From assembly GCA_049322955.1 (NCBI GenBank), contig JBMOPU010000012.1, forward strand, positions 147,581 through 211,580: a DNA stretch of 64,000 bases, in the 5' to 3' direction. Below, piece after piece: positions 9,761 to 19,675 of this stretch; position 1 is the first letter of the stretch, and every line of letters begins with the position of its first letter. Below the pieces are notes generated by a model. That model was not told the origin of the DNA, did not search any database, and was given only the letters and a program-made list of their open reading frames with translations. Made by a program: the position numbers and the translations under genes. Source of the stretch: Patescibacteria group bacterium (GTDB taxonomy: Bacteria > Patescibacteriota > Microgenomatia > UBA10105 > UBA927).

Positions 9761-10249
9761 ATGATGACTACCTATCCGTTGCTTTGGCGCTATCTTAGCG
9801 AGACGCAAAAAAAACTTGCCCTTGATGGGCAACTGCTCATTGAGGATCGTGACCGACACCCGAATGAGCATCTCAGTGATTATTCATATCTTGTTTTTCC
9901 GTTTGCCAAATTGTACGAAGGATTTTTAAAGCAGTTATTGTTGGACCTTCGCATTATTTCTGAGCGTGAATATCAAAGCACCCATTTTCGCGTGGGTAAA
10001 GTATTAAGCCCCAATATCATGCGAAGGTTAGGGAACAGAAGCGCGTATGCGCATCTGTCCAAGCGCTATGGTGACGAGTTCGCCACTTCGGTGTGGGCAA
10101 CATGGAAGCAGGGGAGAAACCTGGTATTTCACTATTTTCCGCATAATGTCAGCCGGCTCAGCTTCGTCCAGGCGAAAGAAGTGGTACAGCGAATTCTTAG
10201 TACTATGGAGCGTGCGGTTACGGTGACGACACCCGGTTCGATGCAATGA
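9761..10249 (+). CDS. hypothetical protein with HEPN-like Rx4H motif (RNLVFH)
   Basis: A 162-aa ORF. The motif GRNLVFHYFPHN matches the Rx4-6H HEPN signature, but this is weak evidence. Confidence 0.45.
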   Translation: MMTTYPLLWRYLSETQKKLALDGQLLIEDRDRHPNEHLSDYSYLVFPFAKLYEGFLKQLLLDLRIISEREYQSTHFRVGKVLSPNIMRRLGNRSAYAHLSKRYGDEFATSVWATWKQGRNLVFHYFPHNVSRLSFVQAKEVVQRILSTMERAVTVTTPGSMQ

Positions 10250-10295
10250 AAGCACCGCTTGCGAAAGATGGGGCGCGCGGAGTATCGTAGGATTA

Positions 10296-10976
10296 GTGAT
10301 GAAAAAAATACAACAACCATTGTCACCTGCGGTGGACGTTGCGGAGTCCATGTATCGCGTGTGGGGATGGATAGTGCTCGCCTGGGCGTTTTACCGCTAT
10401 TTCTTCCGCCTTCCCGAGTGGGCAGATGAGTTTATCGTAAAACCTGCTATCTTTGCGCTTCCGGTACTTTGGTATGTGGTGAAAAGAGAGAAGCGGGGAT
10501 TGGATTCATTGGGACTTACCGTAACGAATTTATTCACAAGCATTTATATCGGACTCGGATTCGGGTTTGTTTTTGCCGTCGAGGGGTTGGCCGCAAACGC
10601 CATAAAATACGGAAAAATCGAAATCATGCCAATTGCGGCGTTTCGTGAATACGGTCTCGGTATGCTCATCCTGCTTTCCGCGGCGACCGCGATTTCCGAA
10701 GAGCTGTTAAGTCGGGGATTTGTCTTTACCCGGCTTATGGAGGGGAAAAAGAGTCTGTGGTACGCCGCCGTTATTTCCACGCTGATGTTTGTTGTCCTGC
10801 ACATTCCCATCCTCGCGTTCTCACTCAAGCTCGAGGGAATGGCGCTCGTCATGTTTTTCATCACGGATTTCGTTTTGGGGTTTGCGAACAGCCTGCTGTT
10901 GTATAATACAGGCTCACTTGTGGCACCCATTCTTGTTCATATCTTCTGGAACATGACGGTTGCCCTGTACCTCTAG
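10296..10976 (+). CDS. CPBP (CAAX protease/Abi) family intramembrane metalloprotease
   Basis: Motif 1 (ISEELLSRGFVF, EExxxR), an internal His, and motif 3 (HIFWN) lie within hydrophobic helices. Confidence 0.78.
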   Translation: MMKKIQQPLSPAVDVAESMYRVWGWIVLAWAFYRYFFRLPEWADEFIVKPAIFALPVLWYVVKREKRGLDSLGLTVTNLFTSIYIGLGFGFVFAVEGLAANAIKYGKIEIMPIAAFREYGLGMLILLSAATAISEELLSRGFVFTRLMEGKKSLWYAAVISTLMFVVLHIPILAFSLKLEGMALVMFFITDFVLGFANSLLLYNTGSLVAPILVHIFWNMTVALYL

Positions 10977-11040
10977 ATTCGTTGCATCGCAACGCCGCAT
11001 TGTTTTCGATGTAACTTCGTATCGAAATATCGATGAACGT

Positions 11041-11796
11041 CTAGGTAGTCAGCCATCCGCCGTCCACATAAAGGGTTGCCCCGGTCGTGTAGGCGGCCTC
11101 CTCCGAGACAAAATACACCACCGCCGCGGCGATTTCCTCGGCAGTACCCATGCGTTTTATGGGAAGTCGCGAAGTGGTTGCTTTGAGTTGTTCATCACTC
11201 ATCCCGGTCGTCATCTCTGTGCTAACCCCTCCCGGACCTATGGCATTTACAGTGATTCCCATCGGCCCCAATTCTTGTGCGAGTGCCTCTGTAAGGCCGA
11301 TAACACCCCCTTTGCTGGCGCAGTAGTGGGAGATTGCAGGGAAACCAACCCCGACGCCTCCAGAGGCGATGGACGCGATATTCACAATACGACCCCATTT
11401 TGTTTTTGCCATCTCTTTGCCTGCGGCCTGTGCGCAGTAAAAGTATCCCTTGAGATTGGTGTCTATGACGTTATCCCATGATTCTTCTTTAAGATCGAGA
11501 AAGGGGGAGTAGTCTAAAACACCCGCGTTATTGACCAGAATATCCAGTTTGCCGAACTCTTTGATCGCGACACTGACCGCGTTATCAACATCCGCCCGTT
11601 TCGTGACATCCATCTGTACGGCAACCGCTTCTTTGCCCCGGGATTTAATTTCAGCAACCAATGCCTGAAGCTTGTCAATGCGTCTAGCCGCGGCAACTAC
11701 TTTGGCACCCTGCAGAGCAAGAGCAATCGCGGTGGCTCTTCCCATGCCGCTTGAGGCACCCGTTACTAAGGCGACTTTTCCGGTGAGATCAAACAT
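11041..11796 (-). CDS. SDR family oxidoreductase (FabG-like)
   Basis: TGASSGMG Rossmann motif, NNAG, and a YxxxK catalytic region are present. Confidence 0.88.
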   Translation of the reverse strand: MFDLTGKVALVTGASSGMGRATAIALALQGAKVVAAARRIDKLQALVAEIKSRGKEAVAVQMDVTKRADVDNAVSVAIKEFGKLDILVNNAGVLDYSPFLDLKEESWDNVIDTNLKGYFYCAQAAGKEMAKTKWGRIVNIASIASGGVGVGFPAISHYCASKGGVIGLTEALAQELGPMGITVNAIGPGGVSTEMTTGMSDEQLKATTSRLPIKRMGTAEEIAAAVVYFVSEEAAYTTGATLYVDGGWLTT

Positions 11797-11808
11797 AGCT
11801 TCCTCCTT

Positions 11809-12273
11809 TTAGTTGGAATGTTTTTCTAACGCGCGGCTCTTAAGAAGAAGGGCAAAAACAACGACCATATTCACCGCGGAAAGCGCACACCAGGTGCAAA
11901 TTCCCTTAATAACCGTCAGCTCGATATAGGTGAACCAGGAAACGAATGCGACTCCGAAGGTCGCTACCCCGAGCATTGCATTGAGAATCCGCGCTTTTTT
12001 CACCGTTGTCCGCACGAAGGCTAGAACGGTAAGGACGGTATAGCCGACGAGTCCTACCGCTGGAACGGGGATGGAACCGAAAAGATAGCTGGCGGGATGT
12101 TTGCGGACCAGTTCACAGCCGCTCGTGACGCACACGATACCGGTTTTTCGAATAAAGCTTTGGAGCACATAAATCGCCATCAGTATACCGATAATCGAAA
12201 GGATGAAAATAATGCGGTTAAGGAACATTACCCGTGCATCAAGAGGTGATTTCTTCATAAAAATAGTATACAT
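11809..12273 (-). CDS. vitamin K epoxide reductase (VKOR) family membrane protein
   Basis: Cys pairs CVTSGC and CTWC sit in and near transmembrane helices. The start is trimmed to MYTIFMKKS to clear the divergent promoter. Confidence 0.65.
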   Translation of the reverse strand: MYTIFMKKSPLDARVMFLNRIIFILSIIGILMAIYVLQSFIRKTGIVCVTSGCELVRKHPASYLFGSIPVPAVGLVGYTVLTVLAFVRTTVKKARILNAMLGVATFGVAFVSWFTYIELTVIKGICTWCALSAVNMVVVFALLLKSRALEKHSN

Positions 12274-12301
12274 GATTTTATCCAAAAAAATGTTATATAT
12301 C

Positions 12302-12318
12302 TCACATACACAATGTGA
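12302..12318. promoter_or_regulatory. inverted repeat TCACAT-N5-ATGTGA (Crp/Fnr-box-like) in the VKOR/crp divergent intergenic region, next to a TAATATAAT -10-like element
   Basis: A perfect 6+6 palindrome read directly from the sequence. The adjacent gene encodes a Crp/Fnr-family regulator. Confidence 0.45.
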
Positions 12319-12345
12319 CATGAGGTAATATAATATTTGTGCGAT

Positions 12346-12999
12346 ATGCTGAAAGCCGATCAAAAAGTGACCAAGACCGTTGACGAGTTTTTTTCCCACT
12401 ATCAGGCGATAAGCTACAAAAAGGGAGAATTTATTCTTCGTGCGGAAGATTTACCCTACGGGGTGTATTACCTCAAGAGCGGATATGTCCGCCAGTATCT
12501 TTTATCTCCTTCGGGGGAGACGTTTATGGTGCACATCTATAAACCGGGGTCCTTTTTCCCGCTGACGTGGATCATTAACGATACGCCGAACATCTATCAT
12601 TTTGAGGCGATTACTCCGGTCAGTGTGGTTCGCGGCCCGAAGGATGTATTTGTTAATTTCCTGAAGGAGCATCCTGATGCCCTTTTTTATGCCAGTCAGC
12701 GACTTGCCTCGGGGCTTTCGGGATTTATCAGTAGGGTGGCACAGTTAGTGCTTGATGATGCCTACACAAAAACCGTCCTTTTACTCTTGTATTACGGGGA
12801 AAACTTCGGGGAACAGACGGCTGAGGGAATTACGCTTACGATTCCTCTCACGCATCGGGAAATTGCTTCGTGGATCGGTACGACGAGAGAAACGGCAAGC
12901 CTGCAGGTGGAACATCTCATCAAAAAGGGCATACTCACTACCAAAGGAAGACAGTTGACCATCAAAGACGTTGAAGCCCTTCGTCACGAACTCCATTAA
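12346..12999 (+). CDS. Crp/Fnr family transcriptional regulator
   Basis: A cNMP-binding beta-roll ([17 protein letters not shown]) is followed by a C-terminal HTH ([21 protein letters not shown]). The start is set at an ATG (ORF track uses TTG 12337). Its stop overlaps the copA stop on the opposite strand (TTAA). Confidence 0.82.
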   Translation: MLKADQKVTKTVDEFFSHYQAISYKKGEFILRAEDLPYGVYYLKSGYVRQYLLSPSGETFMVHIYKPGSFFPLTWIINDTPNIYHFEAITPVSVVRGPKDVFVNFLKEHPDALFYASQRLASGLSGFISRVAQLVLDDAYTKTVLLLLYYGENFGEQTAEGITLTIPLTHREIASWIGTTRETASLQVEHLIKKGILTTKGRQLTIKDVEALRHELH

Positions 13000-15347
13000 A
13001 TTCGCACCGTTTTGAGTCTCAGGGAATTTCCCACAACCGATATACTGCTCGCCGCCATGGCAAATGCCGCCAGCCCCGGATTTAACAGGAGCCCCGTGAA
13101 CGGGTATAGTCCTCCCGCCGCGACGGGAATAAGCACCACGTTGTAGGCAAACGCCCAAAAAAGATTTTGCTTAATGATACGCATGGTTTTTTTCGCCAAG
13201 CGGATCGCCTGGGGGAGTTTTAGTATGTTTCCTCCCAGAAGCGTAACGCCTGCGGATTCGATGGCGACATCAGTTCCCGTGCCCATAGCAATTCCCACAT
13301 CTGCTCGGGCAAGTGCGGGTGCATCGTTAATGCCGTCGCCGACCATAGCAACCCGTTTCCCTTGTTTTTGTAATCTGATAATTTCACTTGCCTTATCCTG
13401 GGGGAGCACTTCGGCTATGACCTCATCGATACCGATTTGTTCTGCGATATGGCGCGCCGTTTTTTCCGCATCTCCCGTGAGCATGACGACCGAAAGCTTC
13501 ATCCGGTGGAGGAATGAGACCACCTCTTTTGCCGAGCTTTTTATCGTGTCGGCGATCCCCAGATACCCGAGAATTTCTTCTTTTGTCATAAGAATGATCG
13601 GCGTTTTACCTTGTGCTGAAAAGCGTTCGATCACCGCATGATCCGGGGCAAGTGCCAAGTCGGCGGCAAGTTTTGCATTTCCAGCAAAATAGACCGTTTT
13701 GCCGATTATTCCCGTCAGCCCTTTGCCGGGAAGCGTACGGAATCCCTTCACTCCTTTGAGGTCAAGTTTTTGTGTTTCTGCCTTTTTCGTAATTGCCAGA
13801 GCAAGCGGATGTTCGGAATGGTGTTCCAGCGATGCGAGTACTTGGAGAAGCCGTGTCGCGCTGAGGGTTCCCGATGGTTCGATATCGGTTACTTCCGGTT
13901 TGCCGTTGGTGAGCGTTCCCGTTTTATCGAGCACTACGGTGGTAACACCACTCAATTTTTCGAGAGATTCGGCATTCTTAATAAGGACGCCGTGTTGTGC
14001 CGCTTTTCCGACGCCGACGATAACCGCCGTGGGGGTGGCAAGCCCCATTGCACAGGGGCAGGCGATAACGAGAATGCCGACAAACGCGAGGAGCCCTATG
14101 GACACCGTCGATGCGGAGGGCATAAAGAGCGGGGCCACCAATAGCCATCCGATAAGGGCAATACCGGCAATAATGAGGACTGCAGGTACAAATACCGCCG
14201 ACACCGCGTCGGCAAGTCGCTCAATTGGTGCTTTGGATCCTTGTGCGTCCCGTACCATCTGAATAATTTGTGAAAGCATGGTTTCGTTCCCAACCTTCGT
14301 CGCCCGCGCTTCGATTGCTCCATAGGTATTCATCGTGGCGCCGACTACCGTATCGCCGGGTTTTTTATCAACGGGAAGCGGTTCTCCGGTAATCATGGAC
14401 TCGTCAATCGCAGTCAGCCCTTTGGTGATTACCGAGTCAACGGGAATTTTCTGTCCCGGTTTAATAACGAGAATATCGCCGACGACAACGTCAGTGATAG
14501 GAATTTCAATCTGCCGTCCGGATCGTACGACGGTGGCATTTTTCGCCTGAAGCCCGATAAGTTTTTCAATAGCTTCGCCGGTTTGCAGTTTTGATCGATT
14601 TTCAAGATATTTGCCCAGCGTAATAAAACCGATAACCACGATAGTCACGTCAAAATAGGTGCCCTCGGGTAACGACAGTGCTGATCGGAGACCCGGGAAC
14701 AGTAACACCGCGCTACTGTAAATATACGCCGTAAGGGTGCCGATACCGACCAGAGCATCCATATTGGCGACGCGAAATTCAATAAAGCGGCCTACTGCGG
14801 AAATATACTGCCGTCCGATCCAAAAAAGAATAACACTTGCGAAGAGAAAGAGTATCGGGGTAAAAACCTCCATGGGAATAGGGAATGGCGGAATCGGGAA
14901 GGCTAACTCTGCGATATCCCATACCATAACAAGAAATACCAACAATGCGAGCGGGAGAGAAAATGCGGTTTTGGAAGCAAGTGATGCAAGTTCATCTAAC
15001 TTTTTTTGTTTGCTGTCTGTAAGCCCGAGATGTTCGCGATGATCCTCGTGAGACGGGTGAAATGTTTCATGCTTCTCCTCTCGTGTCATTACCGGTTCAC
15101 TATGGTGATGCGTTCCAGCATCATTTTGGGGAACGAGCGTGTATCCCAGCGGTGACAGACTGGTGTTCATCGCATCAATCGTGGCGGTATCCGAATCATA
15201 GGTAACTTTGGCCGACTCCGCTCCATAACTCACCTCGGCTTCACTCACCCCGGGAAGTTTAGTGAGTCGCCGTTTAATCAGTTGACTGCAACTGGCGCAA
15301 TGCATGCCTTCAACCGAGAATTTTGTCGTTACGGTAGTTGATACCAT
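12996..15347 (-). CDS. copA: copper-translocating P1B-type ATPase
   Basis: An N-terminal HMA domain (GMHCASC), the CPC motif, DKTGTLT, and a GDGINDAP hinge are all present. Confidence 0.95.
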   Translation of the reverse strand: MVSTTVTTKFSVEGMHCASCSQLIKRRLTKLPGVSEAEVSYGAESAKVTYDSDTATIDAMNTSLSPLGYTLVPQNDAGTHHHSEPVMTREEKHETFHPSHEDHREHLGLTDSKQKKLDELASLASKTAFSLPLALLVFLVMVWDIAELAFPIPPFPIPMEVFTPILFLFASVILFWIGRQYISAVGRFIEFRVANMDALVGIGTLTAYIYSSAVLLFPGLRSALSLPEGTYFDVTIVVIGFITLGKYLENRSKLQTGEAIEKLIGLQAKNATVVRSGRQIEIPITDVVVGDILVIKPGQKIPVDSVITKGLTAIDESMITGEPLPVDKKPGDTVVGATMNTYGAIEARATKVGNETMLSQIIQMVRDAQGSKAPIERLADAVSAVFVPAVLIIAGIALIGWLLVAPLFMPSASTVSIGLLAFVGILVIACPCAMGLATPTAVIVGVGKAAQHGVLIKNAESLEKLSGVTTVVLDKTGTLTNGKPEVTDIEPSGTLSATRLLQVLASLEHHSEHPLALAITKKAETQKLDLKGVKGFRTLPGKGLTGIIGKTVYFAGNAKLAADLALAPDHAVIERFSAQGKTPIILMTKEEILGYLGIADTIKSSAKEVVSFLHRMKLSVVMLTGDAEKTARHIAEQIGIDEVIAEVLPQDKASEIIRLQKQGKRVAMVGDGINDAPALARADVGIAMGTGTDVAIESAGVTLLGGNILKLPQAIRLAKKTMRIIKQNLFWAFAYNVVLIPVAAGGLYPFTGLLLNPGLAAFAMAASSISVVGNSLRLKTVRI

Positions 15348-15892
15348 GTGGTCCTCCAGTTTTTGAGCGTTGCCGTACTGTCGGTAAGAAATAATTCCAC
15401 CGCGTCGGCGTTGTTTAATACATCCTTATTTGACGACTTCATCCGTATTTCAGACGTCATCGCAATACCTGCTTCATGATGTGCAATAAGGGCGTTGAGC
15501 AGTCGCAGGTCAAATTTCTCATCGTAGGTGGCGAGATTCGGGATAGCGGGGTCTGTTACTCTTCGTGTATCGTTATACCACGCCCGTTTCCATGAATACA
15601 GCTCGTCAATGAGTTTCGGTTCGTTGTCCAGAATGGCTATCGATAATCCATGGATTTCCGGCCGCTTGCTTTCTTTTTTGGCCACCTCCGCAAGCAACAT
15701 CGCTCCGCGGTGATGGCGAATCATGGCGTTTATATACCGAAGATCCACCCACCGGTCGGGAGTACCAAGTCCCATTGTCTGCTCGCTCTCCATCGTTGCG
15801 GGGTAGGGAGGGGAAGATGCAAAACCGATTCCCATGCCAATAACCAGAGCAACAAGGATGAGTGCAACGCTTAGTGGATACGAAAGTTTCAT
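15329..15892 (-). CDS. DUF305 family (copper-resistance-associated) lipoprotein-like protein
   Basis: Paired HH motifs ([13 protein letters not shown]; [11 protein letters not shown]) follow an N-terminal signal-like segment. The gene lies between csoR and copA. Confidence 0.68.
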   Translation of the reverse strand: MKLSYPLSVALILVALVIGMGIGFASSPPYPATMESEQTMGLGTPDRWVDLRYINAMIRHHRGAMLLAEVAKKESKRPEIHGLSIAILDNEPKLIDELYSWKRAWYNDTRRVTDPAIPNLATYDEKFDLRLLNALIAHHEAGIAMTSEIRMKSSNKDVLNNADAVELFLTDSTATLKNWRTTWYQLP

Positions 15893-15904
15893 ATACCTCC
15901 TTTA

Positions 15905-16189
15905 TTAACTTCTTCTTTTTTCCATAATCTTCATGACTTCATCGATGACTTCCTTCGAGTTGCCTTTTTTTATTTCGTCCGCAACACAGGTAACCATGTG
16001 GTTTTTCAGAATTTCCTGATCAGTGCTTCGTAATGCCGCCTGAACGGCAAGTGATTGGTTGATCACGTCAACGCAGTAGTTGCCGTCCTCAACCATGGCG
16101 ATGACACGATCCAGATGACCGCGGGCGATCTTCATGCGGTGGATAATGCGTTGCTGTACGGATTGATTTCGGGGTATTCCTTTTGGCAT
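15905..16189 (-). CDS. csoR: CsoR/RcnR family metal-sensing transcriptional repressor
   Basis: A 94-aa protein with the conserved Cys/His pattern (RGHLDRVIAMVEDGNYCVDVINQSLAVQAAL...HMVTC). An AGGAGG ribosome-binding site precedes it. Confidence 0.8.
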   Translation of the reverse strand: MPKGIPRNQSVQQRIIHRMKIARGHLDRVIAMVEDGNYCVDVINQSLAVQAALRSTDQEILKNHMVTCVADEIKKGNSKEVIDEVMKIMEKRRS

Positions 16190-16228
16190 ACTTCCTCCTG
16201 AGTAAGTAAAATAAGTCTCTTGACTTTT

Positions 16229-16245
16229 ATCCCCCCAGTGGGGAT
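16229..16245. promoter_or_regulatory. CsoR-operator-like GC pseudo-palindrome ATCCCCCCAGTGGGGAT between a -35 TTGACT (16220-16225) and a -10 TATAAT (16245-16250)
   Basis: The core CCCCCAGTGGGG closely resembles known CsoR operators. It lies in the divergent csoR-copA / permease-copZ promoter region. Confidence 0.55.
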
Positions 16246-16264
16246 ATAATCATCCTACCATGTT

Positions 16265-16279
16265 TTGACACACTGTCAA
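16265..16279. promoter_or_regulatory. perfect inverted repeat TTGACA-CAC-TGTCAA in the same intergenic region
   Basis: Read directly from the sequence. It may be a second operator or a -35 element. Confidence 0.4.
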
Positions 16280-16293
16280 GACTCAGAAACAAT

Positions 16294-17301
16294 ATGCCGA
16301 ATCTTTGGATCATATTTACCACGGGATTGTTTGCAGGAGGGCTCACCTGTATGGCAGTACAGGGAGGGATCCTCACCACGGCCCTCACGAGGGAGGAAGA
16401 GGAGTATCCCCGCGTTTCGCGCGGCATGGGAGTTGCCGTATTTTTAATTGCCAAACTTATTTCTCATGCGCTTCTCGGCGCACTATTGGGATACATGGGA
16501 TCACTTATCGGATTAACACCGAGGGTGCAGGCGGTGGGTATCGCGTTGGCGTCACTTTTTATGGCGGGAACCGCGCTATCGTTTCTTGATGTTCATCCCA
16601 TTTTCCGCTACTTCGTTATCCAACCCCCGCGTTTTCTGACCCGGTTTATCCGGGGGAGGGCAAAAGCGGGCGGCTTATTTGCGCCGGCAGTCATCGGGTT
16701 ATTTTCCATATTTATACCCTGCGGTACCACCCAGGCTATGATGGCCCTTGCCGCCGGCACCGGGAGCCCCTGGTGGGGGATGGCAACCCTTGCGGTTTTT
16801 GTGTTGGGTACGGCGCCATTATTCTTTTTACTCGGTCTTTCCATTGATGTGATAAAAGCGACATTGAAAGATAAATTTGGCGTGGTAGCCGCGACACTCG
16901 TCCTCATCCTTGCAGTGGTGAATTTCAACGCCGCGCTACGTTTATATGGATCGCCGATAACGATAACATCGGCACTCCGCAGCATGTTCTGTACGGTCAC
17001 GTTTTGTACGACCAATCCTGCAACAATGGAGCCGACCACAACTCCGGTTATTACATTTTGGCTCAACGGGTATAAAACGGATAACCCGGTTATTCCCAAA
17101 GGAGAAACGATCACGCTTACCCTCGTCAATAAAAGCGGGAGCGGTTGCGTGCAGGCATTCACCATTCCCGCTTTGGGACTTTCTGAAATCGTGCCGGTGG
17201 GACAGGAGAAGACACTGACGTTTCAGGCGCCACTGGAAGGGGATGAGTTGGCATACAGTTGCAGTATGGGTATGTATGGTGGTACGTTTTATCTCAAATG
17301 A
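16294..17301 (+). CDS. polytopic permease (DUF318/COG0701-like, putative metal transporter) with a C-terminal Cys/Met-rich cupredoxin-like domain
   Basis: Six or more hydrophobic helices carry conserved Cys (LTCMAVQGG; IPCGTTQAM). The C-terminal roughly 110 aa is soluble and beta-rich and ends in YSCSMGMYGG. It is translationally coupled (ATGA) to copZ. Confidence 0.5.
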   Translation: MPNLWIIFTTGLFAGGLTCMAVQGGILTTALTREEEEYPRVSRGMGVAVFLIAKLISHALLGALLGYMGSLIGLTPRVQAVGIALASLFMAGTALSFLDVHPIFRYFVIQPPRFLTRFIRGRAKAGGLFAPAVIGLFSIFIPCGTTQAMMALAAGTGSPWWGMATLAVFVLGTAPLFFLLGLSIDVIKATLKDKFGVVAATLVLILAVVNFNAALRLYGSPITITSALRSMFCTVTFCTTNPATMEPTTTPVITFWLNGYKTDNPVIPKGETITLTLVNKSGSGCVQAFTIPALGLSEIVPVGQEKTLTFQAPLEGDELAYSCSMGMYGGTFYLK

Positions 17302-17504
17302 AAACCACAAAAACCTATCAGATAGCGGGTATGCATTGTGCAAGTTGTGCGATGCTTATCGAGGGAGAGCTTGAAGACCGGGGAATAATTGGGCGTTGCA
17401 GTTTTGCAAAACAAACCCTTGAAGTTGATACCGAGGACGCAGAAGCCGTGGATATGACGGTGGAAGATGCCGTAACAGCGGCGGGATATCGAGTAGAAAA
17501 ATAA
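17298..17504 (+). CDS. copZ: heavy-metal-associated copper chaperone
   Basis: The MKTTKTYQIAGMHCASCA HMA fold motif is present. The start overlaps the upstream stop. Confidence 0.85.
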   Translation: MKTTKTYQIAGMHCASCAMLIEGELEDRGIIGRCSFAKQTLEVDTEDAEAVDMTVEDAVTAAGYRVEK

Positions 17505-17630
17505 AGTAAAAGTCCGCACCCCCTCGCCAAAAAGCCTGCTGATACGGGAAATAATCATCGGGGTTTACAGAAAAACATTGGGTGTTATACTGAGAATCCG
17601 AAATAATGGTTTATACAAAGGAGGAAACTT

Positions 17631-17948
17631 ATGACAGACGTAACCGACCAATCATTTGATGCGGAAGTATTACAATCACCGGTTCCGGTACTTGTGGATT
17701 TTTGGGCAGTTTGGTGCGGGCCTTGTCAGGTACAGGGACCCATTGTGGAAGAAGTCGCCACCGCCATGGGGGAAAAAGCAAAGGTGGTAAAACTCAATGT
17801 CGACGAAAATCCCACCAATGCACAAAAATACGGGATTATGAGTATCCCGACTCTCATGATTTATAAGAACGGCAACGTGGTAAAACAATTTATCGGCGTG
17901 ACGAGTAAAGAGACCTTGGTACAAGAACTCACTCACCAGGCGAGTTAA
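17631..17948 (+). CDS. trxA: thioredoxin
   Basis: The WCGPC active site is present. Upstream there is a TTTACA-16-TATACT promoter and an AAGGAGG ribosome-binding site. Confidence 0.95.
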   Translation: MTDVTDQSFDAEVLQSPVPVLVDFWAVWCGPCQVQGPIVEEVATAMGEKAKVVKLNVDENPTNAQKYGIMSIPTLMIYKNGNVVKQFIGVTSKETLVQELTHQAS

Positions 17949-17961
17949 TGGTTACGGGCAA

Positions 17962-18909
17962 ATGGCAGACACACTCTATGACGTCGCTATCGTAGGTTCG
18001 GGGCCCGCTGGATATACCGCGGCGCTTTATGCTTCCCGTGCGTTCTTAAAGACGCTTGTGCTTTCCGGTATGCAACCCGGCGGGCAACTGACTACCACGA
18101 CGGAAGTGGATAACTTTCCCGGTTTTCCCCAAGGTATTCTCGGGCCGACGCTTGTCGGCGATATGAAAAAGCAGGCGGAGCGATTTGGTGCCGAAGTGCA
18201 ACAGGAAATGGTAACCTCAATTGCCAAGGGAGATGTTTTTACCCTTGCGGTCGGTGACAAGAAGTATCAGGCTAAAACGGTTATTATCGCCACGGGGGCC
18301 TCCGCAATGTATTTGGGACTTCCGAGTGAAGAGAAGCTCAAAGGGAAAGGGGTTTCCGGGTGTGCCACCTGTGACGGATTCTTTTTCCGCGGCAAGGTGG
18401 TGGTCGTCGTCGGTGGGGGAGACACCGCCATGGAAGAAGCAACATTTCTGACGAAGTTTTGCCCGAAAGTGACCGTAATTCACCGTCGCGAGGAATTCCG
18501 CGCCTCGGCGATTATGCTTGATCGCGCAAAAAAAGATCCCCGGATTGCCTTTTTGACCAATAAGGTGATTGAAGAGATATTGGGAGAGACGGAAGTGACC
18601 GGCATCCGACTCCGCGATACCAAGACCAACGAGGTTATCGACTACCCGACGCAGGGAGTATTTCTGGCAATTGGTCACAAACCGAGCACCGCTTTTTTAA
18701 CCGGACTTGTTGACCTTGATGCAAAAGGCTATGTCAAAGTAGTGAGATCGCTTTCTCCGTTAGATCCCCAAACTGCCACCAATGTACCCGGCATATTTGC
18801 CGCGGGCGATTGTGTTGATCCCCGGTATCGACAGGCGATCGTTGCCGCGGGACAGGGGTGTATGGCCGCAATGGATGCGGAAAAATATCTTGAAGGGTTA
18901 CATCGTTAA
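17962..18909 (+). CDS. trxB: thioredoxin-disulfide reductase
   Basis: A GSGPAGYTAA FAD motif, the CATC redox centre, and a GGGDTAMEEA NADPH motif are present. Confidence 0.95.
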   Translation: MADTLYDVAIVGSGPAGYTAALYASRAFLKTLVLSGMQPGGQLTTTTEVDNFPGFPQGILGPTLVGDMKKQAERFGAEVQQEMVTSIAKGDVFTLAVGDKKYQAKTVIIATGASAMYLGLPSEEKLKGKGVSGCATCDGFFFRGKVVVVVGGGDTAMEEATFLTKFCPKVTVIHRREEFRASAIMLDRAKKDPRIAFLTNKVIEEILGETEVTGIRLRDTKTNEVIDYPTQGVFLAIGHKPSTAFLTGLVDLDAKGYVKVVRSLSPLDPQTATNVPGIFAAGDCVDPRYRQAIVAAGQGCMAAMDAEKYLEGLHR

Positions 18910-18935
18910 TTCGTTACAACGTCACATCGCACGGT

Positions 18936-19634
18936 ATGGCACAAAAGATCCAGCTGGAAGTTTCAAGAAAAGAACAGGTGACGGAGAAAGTGTATTTCAT
19001 CACCTTCCGTCTTGTTTCCCCGTCATCGCTTTCATTCCGGGCGGGACAAAATATGATGCTTATGATTGCCCCCGGTGTCAATCGTACGATGTCCATCGCA
19101 AGTCCTCCTTCGTCAGCTGATCATCTCCTTATGGTGCATGATGTAAGCCCCATGGGACCGGGATCGCAATGGACGGTGGGACTCAAGGTGGGGGATCACG
19201 CAACGATTGTCGCGCCGACGGGAGGGATTTTATCATTCCTTGATACTCCAAAGCGCAAGGTGATGGTGGCAACCGGAACCGGCATAGCGCCGTTTCATGC
19301 CATGATAGTTGACGCGGTCGAAAAAAAAAGTACCGTTCCTATGATGCTGTACTGGGGTCAGCGGTATGAACATGATGTATATTGGAAAGAAGAATTTGAT
19401 CGCATTGCCGATGAAGTGCCCACCTTTGCCTGGCAACAAATACTTTCCCGTCCGACGCCGGCGTGGCAGGGGCTAACCGGACACGTTACCGAACATATGC
19501 TTTTGCAGGAAAAAAACCTTATTGAGTCCGAATTTTATATCTGCGGAAATAAAGCGATGACCGAAGAGGTGAAAGCAACGCTTTTGGATCATAATGTGCC
19601 GAAAGAGCAAATCAAAACGGAGCTTTTTTATTAA
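18936..19634 (+). CDS. ferredoxin-NADP reductase-type FAD/NAD(P)-binding oxidoreductase
   Basis: The RxxS FAD motif (RTMSIAS) and a GTGIAP NAD-binding motif are present. Confidence 0.72.
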   Translation: MAQKIQLEVSRKEQVTEKVYFITFRLVSPSSLSFRAGQNMMLMIAPGVNRTMSIASPPSSADHLLMVHDVSPMGPGSQWTVGLKVGDHATIVAPTGGILSFLDTPKRKVMVATGTGIAPFHAMIVDAVEKKSTVPMMLYWGQRYEHDVYWKEEFDRIADEVPTFAWQQILSRPTPAWQGLTGHVTEHMLLQEKNLIESEFYICGNKAMTEEVKATLLDHNVPKEQIKTELFY

Positions 19635-19675
19635 TATAAATACAAATAGTGAGTACTTTTTATAGAGGAGGCAAT

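Noticed and set aside
13174-14550. Plus-strand ORFs 13174-13641, 13638-14144, 13699-14262 and 14335-14550
   Set aside because: They are antisense to the well-supported copA P-type ATPase, and their low-complexity Ser/Pro/Arg composition is typical of antisense frames.
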